Assembly: GCA_040954595.2 (NCBI GenBank) | Contig: CM082585.2 | Span: 12,016,241 to 12,080,240, forward strand | From: Balanoglossus misakiensis | Lineage: Eukaryota; Animalia; Hemichordata | Direction: 5' to 3' | DNA length: 64,000 nucleotides | Made by a program: the position numbers and the translations under genes | The notes under the pieces: generated by a model | Told to the model about the DNA's origin: nothing | Database searches by the model: none | What the model saw: the letters and a program-made list of their open reading frames with translations, nothing else | Shown: one piece after another, positions 63,601 through 64,000 of the stretch | Numbering within the stretch: the stretch's first letter is position 1 | Layout: each line of letters starts with the position of its first letter

Positions 63601-64000
63601 ACATTTTCCTGAGCTATAACCCATGGTTTTTTCAAAAAATGACCAAATTTTGAAAATTCGCAAAGTCGAAAAATCGTCGATTTTTCGACATTTCCTGAGC
63701 TATAACCCATGGTTTTTTTCAAAAAATGACCAAATTTTGAAAATTCGCAAAGTCGAAAAATCGTCGATTTTTCGACATTTTCCTGAGCTATAACCCATGG
63801 TTTTTTCAAAAAATGACCAAATTTTGAAAATTCGCAAAGTCGAAAAATCGTCGATTTTCGACATTTTCCTGAGCTATAACCCATGGTTTTTTTCAAAAAA
63901 TGACCAAATTTTGAAAATTCGCAAAGTCGAAAAATCGTCGATTTTTCGACATTTTCCTGAGCTATAACCCATGGTTTTTTCAAAAAATGACCAAATTTTG
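48648..64000. repeat. 87-bp tandem satellite array (about 176 units, continues past the window end)
   Basis: Unit ttttcctgagctataacccatggttttttcaaaaaatgaccaaattttgaaaattcgcaaagtcgaaaaatcgtcgatttttcgaca repeated head-to-tail without spacers; variation is mostly T6/T7 length. Confidence 0.99.

Noticed and set aside
48581-63983. Long minus-strand ORFs (up to 668 aa) of KKPWVIAQENVEK.../KTMGYSSGKCRK... repeats
   Set aside because: The 87-bp unit is 29 codons and two reverse frames lack stops. Frames switch at T6/T7 indels with no sign of frame conservation. These are satellite artefacts.
48648-64000. CRISPR-like array (palindromic repeat at regular spacing)
   Set aside because: The sequence between palindromes is identical in every unit (no unique spacers), there are no cas genes, and the context is an intron-containing eukaryotic locus.

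Overview
Eukaryotic (metazoan) AT-rich genomic DNA, probably an invertebrate deuterostome (inference from vertebrate-like Dlg residues in a compact, MITE-rich locus). Bases 1-48.5 kb hold one plus-strand discs-large (DLG1/SAP97/PSD-95 family MAGUK) gene. I traced 20 GT-AG coding exons by hand from 9542 to the stop at 46319. They are phase-consistent (2562 nt, 853 aa plus stop) and encode the N-terminal YRYQDD segment, PDZ1-PDZ2-PDZ3, SH3, a HOOK with I3- and I5-like inserts, and GK. A likely polyA signal lies at 48437. No L27 exon was recognised, so it is probably upstream of the window. The most interesting observation is a set of short ATG-initiated, phase-0 candidate alternative first exons. 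One of them (2056-2109, ...CMCWVSQNK|YRYQDDE) reproduces the exact spacing of the palmitoylated PSD-95-alpha N-terminus (CLCIVTTKK-YRYQDED). Introns carry several MITEs and a small dispersed repeat. From about 48650 to the window end runs a highly homogeneous 87-bp tandem satellite with a 25-bp palindrome per unit. It explains all the long minus-strand ORFs and is not a CRISPR array. No prokaryotic-type system is present.
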